A stretch of 64,000 bases of DNA. Source: Chiloscyllium plagiosum (Eukaryota). The notes under the pieces are model-generated. The model searched no databases. It was not told the DNA's origin and was given only the letters and a program-made list of their open reading frames with translations. The position numbers and the translations under genes are program-made. The DNA lies in contig NC_057754.1 of assembly GCF_004010195.1 (NCBI RefSeq), positions 4,940,773 to 5,004,772 on the forward strand. Direction: 5' to 3'. Below, in pieces: positions 11,690-23,237 of this stretch (positions are counted from its first letter, which is position 1; every line of letters begins with the position of its first letter).

Positions 11690-12590
11690 GGAAATGTAAA
11701 ATTGTTCATTTTGGAAGAACAATGTTATTTAAATGGAGAGAATCTGCAGAAAGTTGAGATACAACGGGATGTGGGCATATTTATGTATGAAACACACGAA
11801 ACTAGAACACAGGTACAGCATGTAATCAGGAAGGCCAATGAAATGCCTGAGAGCAAGTGAGGATTGCAGTTGCTGGAGAGTCAGAGTCGAAAAGCACAGC
11901 AGGTCAGGCAGCATCCGAGGAGCAGGAGAGTCGACATTTCGGGCATAAGCTCTTCATTAGGAATGAGCTATTTAAAGGAGGTTGGGATATAAGAGTGGGG
12001 AAGTCTTTCTGCAACTGTACAAGGTACTAGTGAAACTACATTTGAAGTACTATGAACTGTTTTGGCCCCCTAATTTAAGGAAAGATAGCATTTCACTGAA
12101 GGCAGTTCAGAAAATGTTCACTTGTATGATCCCTGGTATGGAGGGATTGTCTTATGAGCAAAGCTTGAACGGGTTGGGACTATGTTCATTGGAATTTAGA
12201 AGAATGAGAGATGAGCATATTGGAACGTGAGGAATTTTAAGGGGCTTCACAGGGTAAAAGAGAGGATGTTACCCTCGTGGGAGAGACTAGGTCCAGAGAG
12301 CATAGTCTCAAAATAAAGAGCAATCAATTTAATTCTGAGATGAGGAGGAATTTCTTCTCTCAGTGCATTGCAAGTCTTCGAAACTCCTTGTCACAGAGAA
12401 CCGTGGAGGCAGAATTGTAGTGCATATTTAAGGCTGCAATAGATTCTTTGATCAGTAGGGGAATTAAGGATTTATGGGGAAAGGCAGAAAAGTAGATGTG
12501 AAAAATGTCAGATACGCCATAATCCTATGAATGGTGGAGCAGGTTTGATATTTCAAAAGGCCTACTCCTATTCTTATTTCTTATGGTCTT
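11690..12590 (+). mobile_element. CR1 3' fragment, interrupted at ~11851-11965 by a Penelope-derived short repeat (minus strand)
   Basis: LQLYKVLVKLHLKYYELFW...SLEFRRMRDE; the insert reads CTAATGA-A-GAGC-TTAT-GCCC-GAAATGTC on the minus strand (decayed hammerhead). Confidence 0.8.
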
Positions 12591-12594
12591 ATGA

Positions 12595-12720
12595 CAGAAT
12601 TTTGTATGAGATGAAGCTTACAGGATGTGGGAAATAGGAGGCAAGCCAAGAGAACTTTGGAATAACCAAGTCTGGAGGAAACAAAGGCAAAAGTGAATGA
12701 TTCAGCAGAACTTGGACTAA
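12595..12720 (-). mobile_element. L2-clade LINE fragment
   Basis: FAFVSSRLGYSKVLLACL...KLHLIQNS resembles the L2 ORF2 motif AFVTSRLDYCN..L...KLQLIQNSAAR. Confidence 0.55.
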
Positions 12721-13256
12721 ACAACAAATAAGAAGCAGGACAGACTCTTATATTGTGGAAGTGATTTTCTAGAGGCAGCAAAGGGTTACAGTCTATTTCA
12801 CGCAGAGATTCCATGCATATATTGTGATCATCCTTCATTGTTCTTTATCAGAAATATCTATGTCAAGAACATGTTTAAATCAAGAACCCCCACAACATTT
12901 TCCCTGCTTTATTGGAGGAATTTAATAATGCAGCTGTTTGCTTTACCTTATGCTTGTTTTCCTTGTTTTGAATAAACTGGGTGTAGCTGCCCCTTGACTG
13001 AAAAACTACCATAATTTCAGTCTCTGTCTCTCTCTCTCACTCTTTTTGCCCTCATCACAAAATTAAAAATCTCTACTGAAGGCACTGACTCACAAGGCAT
13101 TTGCAGTTACCACATAAGGGCAAATGATCTTTCCAAAGTGAGTCAGTGTTTGAGGTTATCTTAAAGCCTTAATAATGATTTGCTTTGTTTGCAGTAAGTT
13201 ACACAGTCCTTGGTCATGCGTATGTATTTTACTTATCAAGGCTTTTGTTTCAAAAG

Positions 13257-13348
13257 ATCCAGGATATCAGTGTTGAAACAGAGGATAACAAGGAAAAGAA
13301 ATCTGCCAAAGATGCACTTCTGCTCTGGTGCCAAATGAAGACAGCAGG
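13257..13348 (+). CDS. SPTBN2: Beta-spectrin exon (CH1-CH2 linker), 92 bp
   Basis: caaaag|ATC CAG...GCA GG|gtaagc; [30 protein letters not shown](G). Confidence 0.97.
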
Positions 13349-13687
13349 GTAAGCAGAATTGGAAAATTGCCAAAGGGAATTAAGTGACAAGTCCTGCAAA
13401 GTACACATATGGATGAAAAACAGACAGTGCTTGAAATGCATAGAGTCTAATCAACATCTGACCAAGAAATCATTGTTTAGCGTACATCATTTTATTAAAG
13501 TCAGTGTTTATAAATGTCTACTTTGAATGCTCTTCTGTGTTTGAAGCTGAGGCCCTCTGTTTGAATATAACAAGCCTTCACTGTATCAATTATGCTACAC
13601 TTGCTCAGTGGGTGGTTGACTGTCGCTGGATAGTCAAGTGTTCCTCCCTGTACAAAATACCATTTATATCAGAAATTCACTAACAAA

Positions 13688-14010
13688 GGCTTCGCAGTGC
13701 CAGGGACCTGGTTTCGATTCCAGCTTGGGTGACCGTCTGTGTGGAACTTGTACATTGTCCCTGTGTCTGCGTGGGTTTTTCCTGGGTGCTTTGGTTTCCT
13801 CCCACAGTTCAAAGATGCGCAGGTTAAGATGGATTGGCCATGCTATATTGCCCATAGAATCCAAGAATGTGCAGACTAGATGGGTTAGTCATGGGAAATG
13901 CACAATTACAGCGATAGTCTAGGAGTGTGGTTCTGGGTGGGAGGCTGTGTGGAGGGTCGGTGTGGACTTGATTGGCCAAATGGCCTTCTTTCACTCTATA
14001 GGAATTCTAT
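13688..14010 (+). mobile_element. HE1-like V-SINE (5'-truncated)
   Basis: B-box-like gtttcgattcc; central ggattggccatgctatattgccc; homologous to 45871-46175. Confidence 0.8.
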
Positions 14011-14056
14011 TGTTCCACAAAGTATGTTATGCAAGTTACTGAGTAAGTTGCATATT

Positions 14057-14320
14057 TTTAAGGTTTGAGGAGAAAGATTTTAAAAAGACATGAGGGGCAT
14101 TTTTATTATACAGAGAGTCGTTCATGTGTGGAATGAACTTTCAGAGGAAGTGGTGGATACGGACAACATTTAAAAAACATTTAGATAAGTATGTGAATAA
14201 GAAATGTTTGGAGGAATATGGGCCAAGTGCAGGCATGTGGGACCATATTAGTTTGTGATATGGTCGGCATGGACTGGTTGGACCGAAGAGTCTGTTTCTG
14301 TGTTGTATGATTCTATGACG
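14057..14320 (+). mobile_element. CR1 3' end
   Basis: Ends ggcatggactggttggaccgaagagtctgtttctgtgttgtatgattctatga; same family as 46360-46855 and 56725-56930. Confidence 0.8.
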
Positions 14321-14894
14321 ACTGTCACATAGAAACTCAAGCTCTAAAGACCTCACACAGGGTGACGGAACCCAATCTCTTTGTCAGTGTGCTCATTCAG
14401 TGCATGGTCTTGAAATCCCCCACTCTAGGGAAAAGACATCTGCTTTTCGCCTTATCTACAGCCCTCATGAGTTAAGGTCAGCCCTTAGCTTCCTATGTTC
14501 CAGTGAAAAAAGCCCAGGCTATCCAGTCTCTGCCTATAACTCAAAACAGTTGATGTTCTGGAGACATTTCTGATAGCGCCTCCCCATTGTCCACCAATTG
14601 CTGGTTAGCTGGATTCTTGTGCTTTTCATAATAGATTTTGAACAGGCAATTGTGAAAACATTTTGGTTCTCTCTCTTCGTCCATTCCTAACCTGACCCCA
14701 GCTCTACGAAACATATGCTTGCTCTTTCACTTGAATGCCTCCAGTCAGGTGACGAGATTGAATTTATTACAGTTATTGATCAGAGAATCTATTCATTGCC
14801 TATTCAGGTACCTGCTCAGAGAGCATCCCACATTATCTACTGTGTGAAAAAGTGCTTTTAGCTTGTCATTTCTCAATTCTTTCTTTCTTCTTAC

Positions 14895-14950
14895 CCCCAC
14901 CCCACCCACTCACCATCACTCACCACCCATCATCATCACCACCACCATCA
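14895..14950. repeat. Low-complexity (CAC/CAT)n tract
   Basis: cccacccacccactcaccatcactcaccacccatcatcatcaccaccaccatca. Confidence 0.8.
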
Positions 14951-15023
14951 AACAAAATTGGACATGGTCTAGCACTAAATTTGAACTCTTCAACACTTTT
15001 GGTTGTTTATTTGTGTTTTGCAG

Positions 15024-15104
15024 ATATCCGAATGTTAATGTTCACAACTTCACCACAAGCTGGAGGGATGGACTGGCCTTCAATGCAATTGTCCACAAAC
15101 ACAG
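15024..15104 (+). CDS. SPTBN2: Beta-spectrin exon (CH2), 81 bp
   Basis: ttgcag|A TAT...CAC AG|gtattt; [26 protein letters not shown](R). Confidence 0.97.
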
Positions 15105-15664
15105 GTATTTTATCATATCTTCAGACTTTGGAGAGATTTTAACAGAATTGAATGCTTCAAGATAACATTATCCAACAGCTTGTATAATAAGTGCCAGTGT
15201 TAAATCAAAGGTACAGAATGCTTTCCACGCTATTATTGTTTTCTTAAGATAGATTTTATAGTATCATTAAAACCAGTTTATGATTTTTCAGTAAATAAAG
15301 CCAAGAAATGTGGATTTTAGAAATCTGAAACAAAAATAGAAATTGCTATAGATACTCATACTTTCCAAATGGATTGTAGGAAACATTCCCTGTGGAAATC
15401 AATCAAAATTGCATAGAGGGGAAGTTGAATCTCAGGACCTTTTGGTCTGTGAAGATGGTCGACACTGTATGATTACCTTTGAATCAACTGCTCCACATTT
15501 TTTGATGTCAAACTCTGATTCAAACACTCTCTTCCAGGTTTACAATCCACTAGGATCTGTTCCAGTGATTACACAATTAAAATGTATCATCAATTGATGT
15601 TAGAATAAAAGATCAAGGGAATCCAGGGATGTGGAATTAAGTCAGGAAAGTAGGGAGACAATAG

Positions 15665-15980
15665 ATTAATGTCACTGAACTAGTAAGCTATAAACTCAGA
15701 TCTTGGGGATATAAATTCAGTTGCAACCACAGAAGCTGGTGAAATTTGAACTGAATTATTAACACACATGAAATTGAATAATGATGCAACAACGCCATCA
15801 TCACTTGTTGTCAAAATCATCTGGTTGAATAATGTCCTTTAAGGAAGGAAATCTGTCCTTATCTGGTCTGGCCTATATTTGACTCCAGAGCCACAGCAAT
15901 TTGATTGACTGTAATGATCTAACAAGATACTCGATTCAAATGCTGACTTCACCATTGTTGGTCACGTCCTGTTAAAAATG
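15665..15980 (+). mobile_element. Degenerate tRNA-derived SINE, second family ('family B')
   Basis: Homologous to 62785-63090 (catctggtt..taatgtcctttaaggaaggaaa..tggtctggccta..tgactccaga.ccacagcaat). Confidence 0.7.
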
Positions 15981-16157
15981 TCAAAGATCAGCCATGATAT
16001 TGTGGAATGGCAAAACACACTTCTGGGGAATCCTCATTTCACATATTGTTTCTTTTTAGTCTGGCCTTGCACACATGGAATCTGATTTTGTCTGGTGATG
16101 TCAGCCTTGTTCTTTTAATTTGATACGGACTATTTTTTTCTTTGTTCTTTGTTTCAG

Positions 16158-16273
16158 GCCAGATCTGATTGATTTTGACAGACTAAAGAAGTCAAATGCT
16201 CACTACAACTTACAAAATGCTTTCAATGTGGCAGAGCAGCAGCTAGGACTCACCAAACTGCTGGATCCTGAAG
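16158..16273 (+). CDS. SPTBN2: Beta-spectrin exon (CH2), 116 bp
   Basis: tttcag|G CCA...GAA G|gtatat; [38 protein letters not shown](D). Confidence 0.97.
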
Positions 16274-16544
16274 GTATATAAGGACACAGATACAGGCAAA
16301 GACTTGATTGTAATGTTTGTGATAGACTGGATTTAATTGGTGTACATTAAAACTTTGGAGAATCTAATGAAGTAGTTAGCGCCTTGTGTTGTGCATTTAG
16401 TTTTTGTGGCTTTTGACACATTAGGTATGGGTAGTGTCCTAGGCCCAATCCATTTTGGCTGTTTCAACAATAACCTCACTGTCACGAGGTCAGAAATGGG
16501 ATTGTTCACTGATGAATGAACAATGTTCAGAACCATTTGTAACT

Positions 16545-17000
16545 CCTCAGATACTGAAACAGCAAGATCTGGATAACTTCCAGGCTGAGGTTGATAAGTG
16601 ACACGTCATACTCAGGCCATGCAAATGCCAGGCAATGACTATCTCAACAAGAGAGAATTTAAATAATCTCTTTGACACTCATGCTTCCTCCATTCACCAA
16701 GTCTCCTCCTTCAGCACCTTCCAAACCTGCAACCACTATCACCAAGAGGGACAAGGGCAGCAGATGCATGGGATCACCATCTGTGAGTACCCCTCCAAAC
16801 CACAGACTGTGTTGACTTGGAACTATATTTGTTGATGCTTCACTGTCACTGGATCAAATTCCTGGAGTTCCCTTCCTAATAGTATTGTGGGTAACATTCT
16901 ATATTCATTCGAGAAGGTAGTTCACCACTGCCACCTTCCCTAGAGTGATTAGGGATGGGTAATAAAACTGGCCAATGACATCCACATCCCATGAATGAAT
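16545..17000 (+). mobile_element. LINE 3' fragment sharing its tail with SINE family B
   Basis: Homologous to 54745-55335 and 51120-51430; ends tagggatgggtaataaaactggcc...cacatcccatgaatgaat. Confidence 0.65.
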
Positions 17001-17100
17001 CTAAAAAAACAATTAAATTAAGCCATCTATTTAGAGAAGAACACTTGCATTTATGTTGGATTATTCATGATCACAGGATGTTTCAAAATACTTTGAATTG

Positions 17101-17620
17101 CATAGAGTCATAGAGATGTATAGCACAGAAACAGGCCCCTCAGTCCAACTTGTCCATGCTGACCAAATATCCTAAATTAATCTAATCCTGTTTACCAGAA
17201 TTTGGCCCATATCCCTCTAAACCTTACCTTCTCCAAAACCATCCAGATGACTTTTAAATGTTGTAATTGTACTAGCCTCCACTGTGTCCTCTGGCAATTC
17301 ACTCCGTACATGTATCACTGTCTGCGTAAAAAAGTTGGCCCTTAGATCCCTTTTAAATCTTGCCCTTCTTACTTTAAACCTATGTCCTCTAGTTTTGGAC
17401 TCCCCGATGCTGGAGTAAAGACCTTGGCTGTTCACCCTATCCATGCTCCTTATGATTTTATAAATCTCTATAATGCCACCCCTCAGCCTCCGACGTTCCA
17501 GGGATAATAGCCCCAGCCTATTCAGCCTCTCCCTCCAATCCTGGTAACATTCTTGTAAATCTTTTCTGAACCCTTACAAGTTTCACAAAATATTTCCTAT
17601 AGTAGGGAGACCAGAATTGC
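17101..17620 (-). mobile_element. CR1/HER1-type 3' fragment
   Basis: MDRVNSQGL...TRGHRFKVRRARFKRDLRANFFTQ; tail catagagtcatagag. Confidence 0.88.
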
Positions 17621-18159
17621 AGTCGATTTTTTTTAAAAATGCAGATTTTTCAATGCTTTCTCTTTGCAGGTTAGGTGGTTCCATTGGCTCCATACAAGCT
17701 ATGGTTACCTGGCCAGGAGCCAGTTAGGGTATTGTTGCCAAGCAGTTTTCTTTAACTTCAGAAACCTAACCCTTCTTTTGGGGCTGTATAGTCAACTTCA
17801 GTTCTGATTTTGCATATTTTTTTCATTATGAGCTTGCCCACATGACTTTTTGGCTTTTTGCTGAACGTACCAGGAAAATGAAACTTTATAAGCAAGTTAC
17901 AATGTGCTCCAATGAACATGATTTTTAAAATTCCAGCTGTCTCTTTGGATGTCTCCTTGGTTTAAAGCCTTGTTTTTATTAGTCCACGGACTAAAGTGAG
18001 ATTTTGGCAGAATTGGGCGAGAAGTCTGGCGAGGCCTCTTGATATTGGCAGCATCTCACTAGGTTTTAGACTTTTGACAAGCAGCGAGGCAAGTTTCTTG
18101 TTAGGTAGGAGTGGGTTGGTAGTTAAAGGGATTATTAAACACCTTGTTAACAGCACAAC

Positions 18160-18690
18160 TTATAGGAGCAAGAGTAGGCCATTTAGCCCCTTGAGCGTCT
18201 TCTGCCAGTCAGTGAGATTGTAGCTGATCTATGGCCTAACTATGTATTCATGTGCCTTTGGCCCATATCCCTTAATGCATTTGCTTAACAAAAAATTACC
18301 CACCTCAGATTTAAAATTAACAAATGATCTAACATCAACTGCTATTTGTAGAAGAGAGTTCCAAACCTCCACCACCCTTTGTGTGTAGAAGTGCTTCTTA
18401 ACATGTCTCTTGAATGGTCTGGCCCTAATTTTTAGTTTATGCCCTTCGTTCTAGAATCTGCAACCAATCAAAATAGTTTATCTTTATCTACCCTGTCTTT
18501 TCCTGTTAATATCTTGAAGACTTCAATTAGATCACCCCTTAACCTACTAAATTCTAGAGAATACAGGCCTAACTTATATAATGTTTCCTGATAATTTATC
18601 CCTGAAGTCCAGGCGTCATTCTTGTGGACCTAGTTTTTACTCCCTCCAAGGTCAATATAATGTATCCTACCTAAGTTGTGGTGCATCTCA
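18160..18690 (-). mobile_element. CR1 3' fragment
   Basis: taggagcaagagtaggccatttagcccc 3' end followed by degenerate ORF2 C-terminal sequence like 1172-1750. Confidence 0.75.
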
Positions 18691-18834
18691 CTAATATTCA
18701 GCTGCTGATCTTAACAAATGCATCAAACAAGCTCGATGTCGAAAAATCTGGATGGGTACCTGGTAGCTTCAGTTCACCATTTGTTCCAAAAGACTTCCAT
18801 TTCGCTTAGAATAAAATGTAACTTAGCACACTCG

Positions 18835-19040
18835 GCCAAACTCCCCTGATTCTCTTCAAGCTCGTCCCACAGAATATTTCTCATCCACCTGAGAGGGCAG
18901 ATATTTAATAGTTTAACATCTTATTTGAAGGACAGCATCTCCAACAGCCCAGCACTCTTTCAGTTGTCCACTGAAGTGTCAACCTTGAATTTTTGTGCTT
19001 AAGTAGTGGAACTTGAAAGCGTACAATTTTCTGGTTGAAA
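18835..19040 (-). mobile_element. DeuSINE (SacSINE1/AmnSINE1-like) remnant
   Basis: catccacctgagagggcaga..gtttaacatcttatttgaaggacagcatctccaacag.ccagcactc is the reverse complement of the Deu core as I recall it; related copies at ~25510-25670, 26290-26520, 36930-37230, 47830-48360 and 60400-60500. Confidence 0.55.
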
Positions 19041-19204
19041 AGCAAGAGTACTGCAAATTAAGCGAGTGGAGAGGAGTATTGAGTTGATGCCAAATGGTTC
19101 CTCATTGGTTGGGACGGTGATGAGATCAAGGAACAAGTCAATGGCCTGTTGAGGAGAAGGTGATAAATAACTTTGGTGATAATTTAAGGGTTTGTAACCT
19201 CTCA

Positions 19205-19615
19205 GTAGCATCACTCTCACCAGTGTGGCCTATCAAGTCTGTTCTGCTTTTCAATGAGGTTGATCTCATAATCCTCAACTGCACTTTTCTGCCTTTTCTC
19301 CATAATATCTATCTCAGCTTTAAATATATATATAATGACAGAGCCTCTAGAGCCCTCTTTTGGAAATAATTCGCTAGATTTACTACCCCCAGAAGACATT
19401 TCTCTTCATTTCGGTTTTAAATGAGTGTCTTCTTAATCTGTGGTTATGTCCTCTGGACTGAGGCTTTCTCAGAAGGGGAAACAACCTCTCAGCATATACC
19501 TAGTCAAGGCTCCAAAGAACTTCCAATGTTGCCTCAGATTCATTCTTCTAAACTCCAATGAGGATTAACCTAGTGAACCTTTTCTGGACTGTCACCAATG
19601 CCAGTATATTTTTTC
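19205..19615 (-). mobile_element. Highly degenerate CR1 3' fragment
   Basis: Patchy similarity to 1200-1690 (tcaag.ctg.t.tgc..tt.aat.ag.t; ttatg.c.tct.g..ct; gtgaacctt.t.tg). Confidence 0.55.
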
Positions 19616-19753
19616 ATGGATGAGATTTTTCCAATTTACATGTAGATGGAAATCAGCCATGATTAGTGTACATTTTTTTAAAACATATCCTGATAATCTC
19701 CTGATTTACTCCCTGTCCTACAGTATAACTGCTATTGGGTATCCTGTGGAGTA

Positions 19754-19980
19754 CAGGAAGTCCTCGGGTTACGAATGTCCGACTTACGAACTTTCTGACC
19801 TTACAAACTGACCTCTGGCTTCTCATTTTTACAAATTATTTTTAAAAATTCGAGTTACATGCAATGTTTCATCCTAATGAATGGGCAGTCTAATTAGCCC
19901 GTATCTCTTTCGACTTAGACATGAATTCGGCTTACAAACAGCAGAAAAACGGAACTTGTTCGTAACCTGGGGACTTCCTG
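19754..19980. mobile_element. Tc1/mariner (Tigger/pogo-type) MITE, 227 bp
   Basis: TA|CAGGAAGTCCTCGGGTTACGAA ... TTCGTAACCTGGGGACTTCCTG|TA; TIRs match at 20/22; TA on both sides. Confidence 0.9.
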
Positions 19981-20074
19981 TACTTCCCCCTGTTCCTTCG
20001 TCCCTTAGTTATTTTTTACCTCTGCTGAGTTGGATTCTACATCTCCTGACCCAAGATTATTTCTTGCTATCATA

Positions 20075-20293
20075 CAGATTGTTCTGTTACAATGCGTGTT
20101 TTGTTAATGTGAATTTGCTATAACACAATTGATGAATTGGGGACACTGTTTCTAAAGTGTGAACTTTTAAAGAATGTATTAGGTAAAACGTGATTCTGGC
20201 CCCATTAGTTTAAATGGTGCTGCTATTGTGCGATTTTCTTTTAACACAGGGTTGCACGAGAATGCAACTACCACTTTATAGCAGAACCCACTG
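20075..20293. mobile_element. Second Tc1/mariner-type MITE, 219 bp
   Basis: TA|CAGATTGTTCTGTTACAA ... TTATAGCAGAACCCACTG|TA; imperfect TIRs, TA flanks. Confidence 0.7.
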
Positions 20294-20836
20294 TACCTAT
20301 CCCACATTGTACTAACAAAGCTACCTGCCATCCTTGCCTTCCTGCCTGTCCTTTCAAAAGGTGGCATACACATGAAAATTTAGTTCATTTCTTTGGTCTC
20401 CTTGTAACTATATCTCTATAATGGCTATAAGAGTATACCCATTAATCTCTATTTGTGCATTAAATCTTTTACCTTGTTCTGAATACTCCATGCATTCAAG
20501 TAAAGCACCGTAAATTTATTTAATTTTTCTTTGTCTTGTCAGCTTCAATAGTATCCTCAACCCTTCACTTGAGGTTTTTGGTTTTTAACAAGTATGGGAG
20601 AGAGCAGCGTTTAGAAATTAGCTGAATTTTCGGTTAAAACCACTGACTGGAACATGATAGGAATTTGTTGAGCATTTACACACTGTCACAAACAGAAATT
20701 TTTTGATTCTAAATATTGCAGTTGCAGTCACGATGCCATTTTATGGTATTGAGTTGCAGACTTGAGTTGAAGATTTGCTGCGTGATGCATTTAGCAAAAT
20801 GTGGATCCACATTAACCTAATTTTTTTTGCTTCCAG

Positions 20837-20949
20837 ATGTCAGCGTGGACCAACCTGATGAAAAATCAATCATCACTTATGTTGCTACATATTATCACTA
20901 CTTCTCTAAGATGAAGGCACTGGCAGTAGAAGGGAAACGTATTGGGAAG
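20837..20949 (+). CDS. SPTBN2: Beta-spectrin exon (end of CH2), 113 bp
   Basis: ttccag|AT GTC...GGG AAG|gtatga; [37 protein letters not shown]. Confidence 0.97.
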
Positions 20950-21184
20950 GTATGAGGAGGAATGATTGTTGAGTGCCAGAAAAATGAAGAGTACTGTAAT
21001 GTTAACAAAGACACTAATCATAACAAATCCCGACTACAAACAAATGTTTTTGTCAAATACAGTCTTTTTCCTGCAATACTGTAGTGTTAACTGCTACATT
21101 TGATCTTATTTTCTCTCTTCTCTTGAGGGGTGAACTTCTTAATGTAGTGCAACTCTATGGGTTTTTAAAAAAACATCTTCCCTT

Positions 21185-21510
21185 TGATTAGGCAGTTGAC
21201 GAGACCAGAATTTGATGCCCATCTCCAATTGCCCTTGGTCTGCGGCTTGCTAGAAAGTTAAGAGTCAGCCACCCACGTTGTAGTGGGGTCTGATATTGCA
21301 TGTTGTCATCACCAAACAGCGTCAGTGAACCAGATGGGCTTATACAACAATCAGTGCTTGCTGTTACGGTCTCCATTGCTGAAACTTGCTTTATATTTCA
21401 GATTTATTGACTGAATTCAAATTCCACTGGCTATCTTGGTGGATTTGAACCCTTATTTGCAGATCATTAGCCTAGACTTCTAGATTACAAATCCAGTAGC
21501 ACTGCTATTA
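21185..21510 (-). mobile_element. SINE family B copy
   Basis: Reverse-complement similarity to 62785-63090; further partial copies at ~24190-24430 and ~44065-44145. Confidence 0.65.
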
Positions 21511-21882
21511 TGCTTCTGTCATCCCATATCTTTTGTCATGGCGTTATTAACTCACCTAGGGCTAGCCACATTGGAGTCAATCCTCTTCTCTGAGTATTCA
21601 TAATGTGAAGAGCCCTGGTTGTTTCCTACCCCTTCTTTCAGTCAAGGTACACAAATGAGGCATAGCACCCTTAGTGCTGTGATCACAGTTAATTATGCAC
21701 AGAGAACATTTTCTGTTCTTGTGGTTCAATATGAGATGTGCTTTGTTTTGTGGCACATTTTTGTTTAAATGTGAGCATTAATGTAGAAGTCGTCACCCAT
21801 TTTATTGTTTTAGTCAGTCATTTTGACGTATTCTTTCTATGATCTCCATGCACTGATGAATTGTGTTTTTGTGTTGTCCCAG

Positions 21883-22070
21883 GTGCTGGATTATGCAATT
21901 GAGGCAGACAACATGATTGACAAGTATGAAACTCTTGCCTCTGACCTCCTGCAGTGGATTGAACACACCATCATTACACTCAATGATCGCAAACTAGCAA
22001 ACTCACTGAATGGGGTTCAGAATCAACTTCAGGCATTCAACACATACCGCACTGTAGAGAAACCACCTAA
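21883..22070 (+). CDS. SPTBN2: Beta-spectrin exon (repeat 1), 188 bp
   Basis: tcccag|GTG CTG...CCT AA|gtaagt; [27 protein letters not shown]...TVEKPP(K). Confidence 0.97.
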
Positions 22071-22384
22071 GTAAGTAAGCTGCCCTGAGCTGCTCAATAT
22101 CAGTTATATTTTGGCAGTGGAACCTGTATATATTAAGAGTTTACAAGAATGTCAAGGGACATTGGTGAGATTTTCTCTTCTTAGAGATGTTAACCCCCCA
22201 GGATGTTGATAGTTGGGGAGAGATTCTCTCTGATTGGAAATGGTCATAGCCTGGCGTTTGTGTGGCACAAATGTTACTTGCCACTTGTCAGCCCATGCCT
22301 AGATATTGTCCAGGCTTGTTGCTTTTGAACATGAATTGCCTCAGTATCTGAGCAGTTGTGAATGGTACTGAACATTGTGTAGTT

Positions 22385-22648
22385 TAGATTAGATTCGATT
22401 CCCTACAGTGTGGAAACAGGCCCTTCGGCCCAACCAGTCCACACTGACCCTCCAAAGAGTAACCCACCCAGACCCATTTCCCTCTGACTAATGCACCTAA
22501 CACTATGGGCAATTTAGCATGGCCAATTCACCTGACCTGCACATCTTTGGACTGTGGGAGGAAACCAGAGCATCCGGAGGAAATCTACGCAGACACGGGG
22601 AGAATGTGCAAACTACACACAGACAATCGCTCGAGGCTGGAATTAATC
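22385..22648 (-). mobile_element. HE1-like V-SINE (5'-truncated at the B box)
   Basis: tagattagatt tail; gggcaatttagcatggccaattcacctgacctgcacatctttggactgtgggaggaaacc core. Confidence 0.9.
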
Positions 22649-22794
22649 GGGAACATCCCCACTTATGATTGAGGGAAGATGGGACAGAGGAAGGTGAAGG
22701 GCGAGCAAGGGACACTGAGGGTCTGGTTTCAAAAGGTGGGGAGCCTCTGGCCTGTGGTTTGTCTCCCCCCATTCTACGTTTCGATCCCTCATAT

Positions 22795-23056
22795 CAGGGA
22801 AAAGATTTGAAAGAGACCTGAGGGGCAACTTCCTCATGCAGAGGGTGGTGCATGTATGGAATGAATTGTCAGAGAAAGTGGGTAATGATGGTGCATTTAC
22901 AGCATTTAAAAGGCATCTGGATGGATATGTGAATAGGAGGGTTTTAGATGGATATGGGCCAAACGCTGGCAAATGGGACTAGATTAATTTAGGAAATCTG
23001 GTTGGCCTGGACAAGTTGGACCAAAGGGTCTGTTTCCAAGCTGTACATCTCTGTGA
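22795..23056 (+). mobile_element. CR1/HER1-type 3' end, tail interrupted by the palindromic insert
   Basis: Near-collinear with 57603-57865. Confidence 0.88.
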
Positions 23057-23237
23057 GGAGAAAGTGAGGACTGCAGATGCTGGAGATCAGAGCTGAAAAT
23101 GTGTTGCTGGAAAAGCGCAGCAGGTCAGGCAGCATCCAGGGAACAGGAGAATCGACGTTTCGGGCATAAGCCCGAAGAAGGGCTTATGCCCGAAACGTCG
23201 ATTCTCCTGTTCCCTGGATGCTGCCTGACCTGCTGCG
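23057..23237. mobile_element. Young fold-back Penelope-derived insertion, 181 bp
   Basis: 14-bp TSD GTACATCTCTGTGA (23043-23056 / 23238-23251); perfect 58-bp inverted repeat 23116-23173 / 23180-23237 with a GAAGAA loop. Confidence 0.93.
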
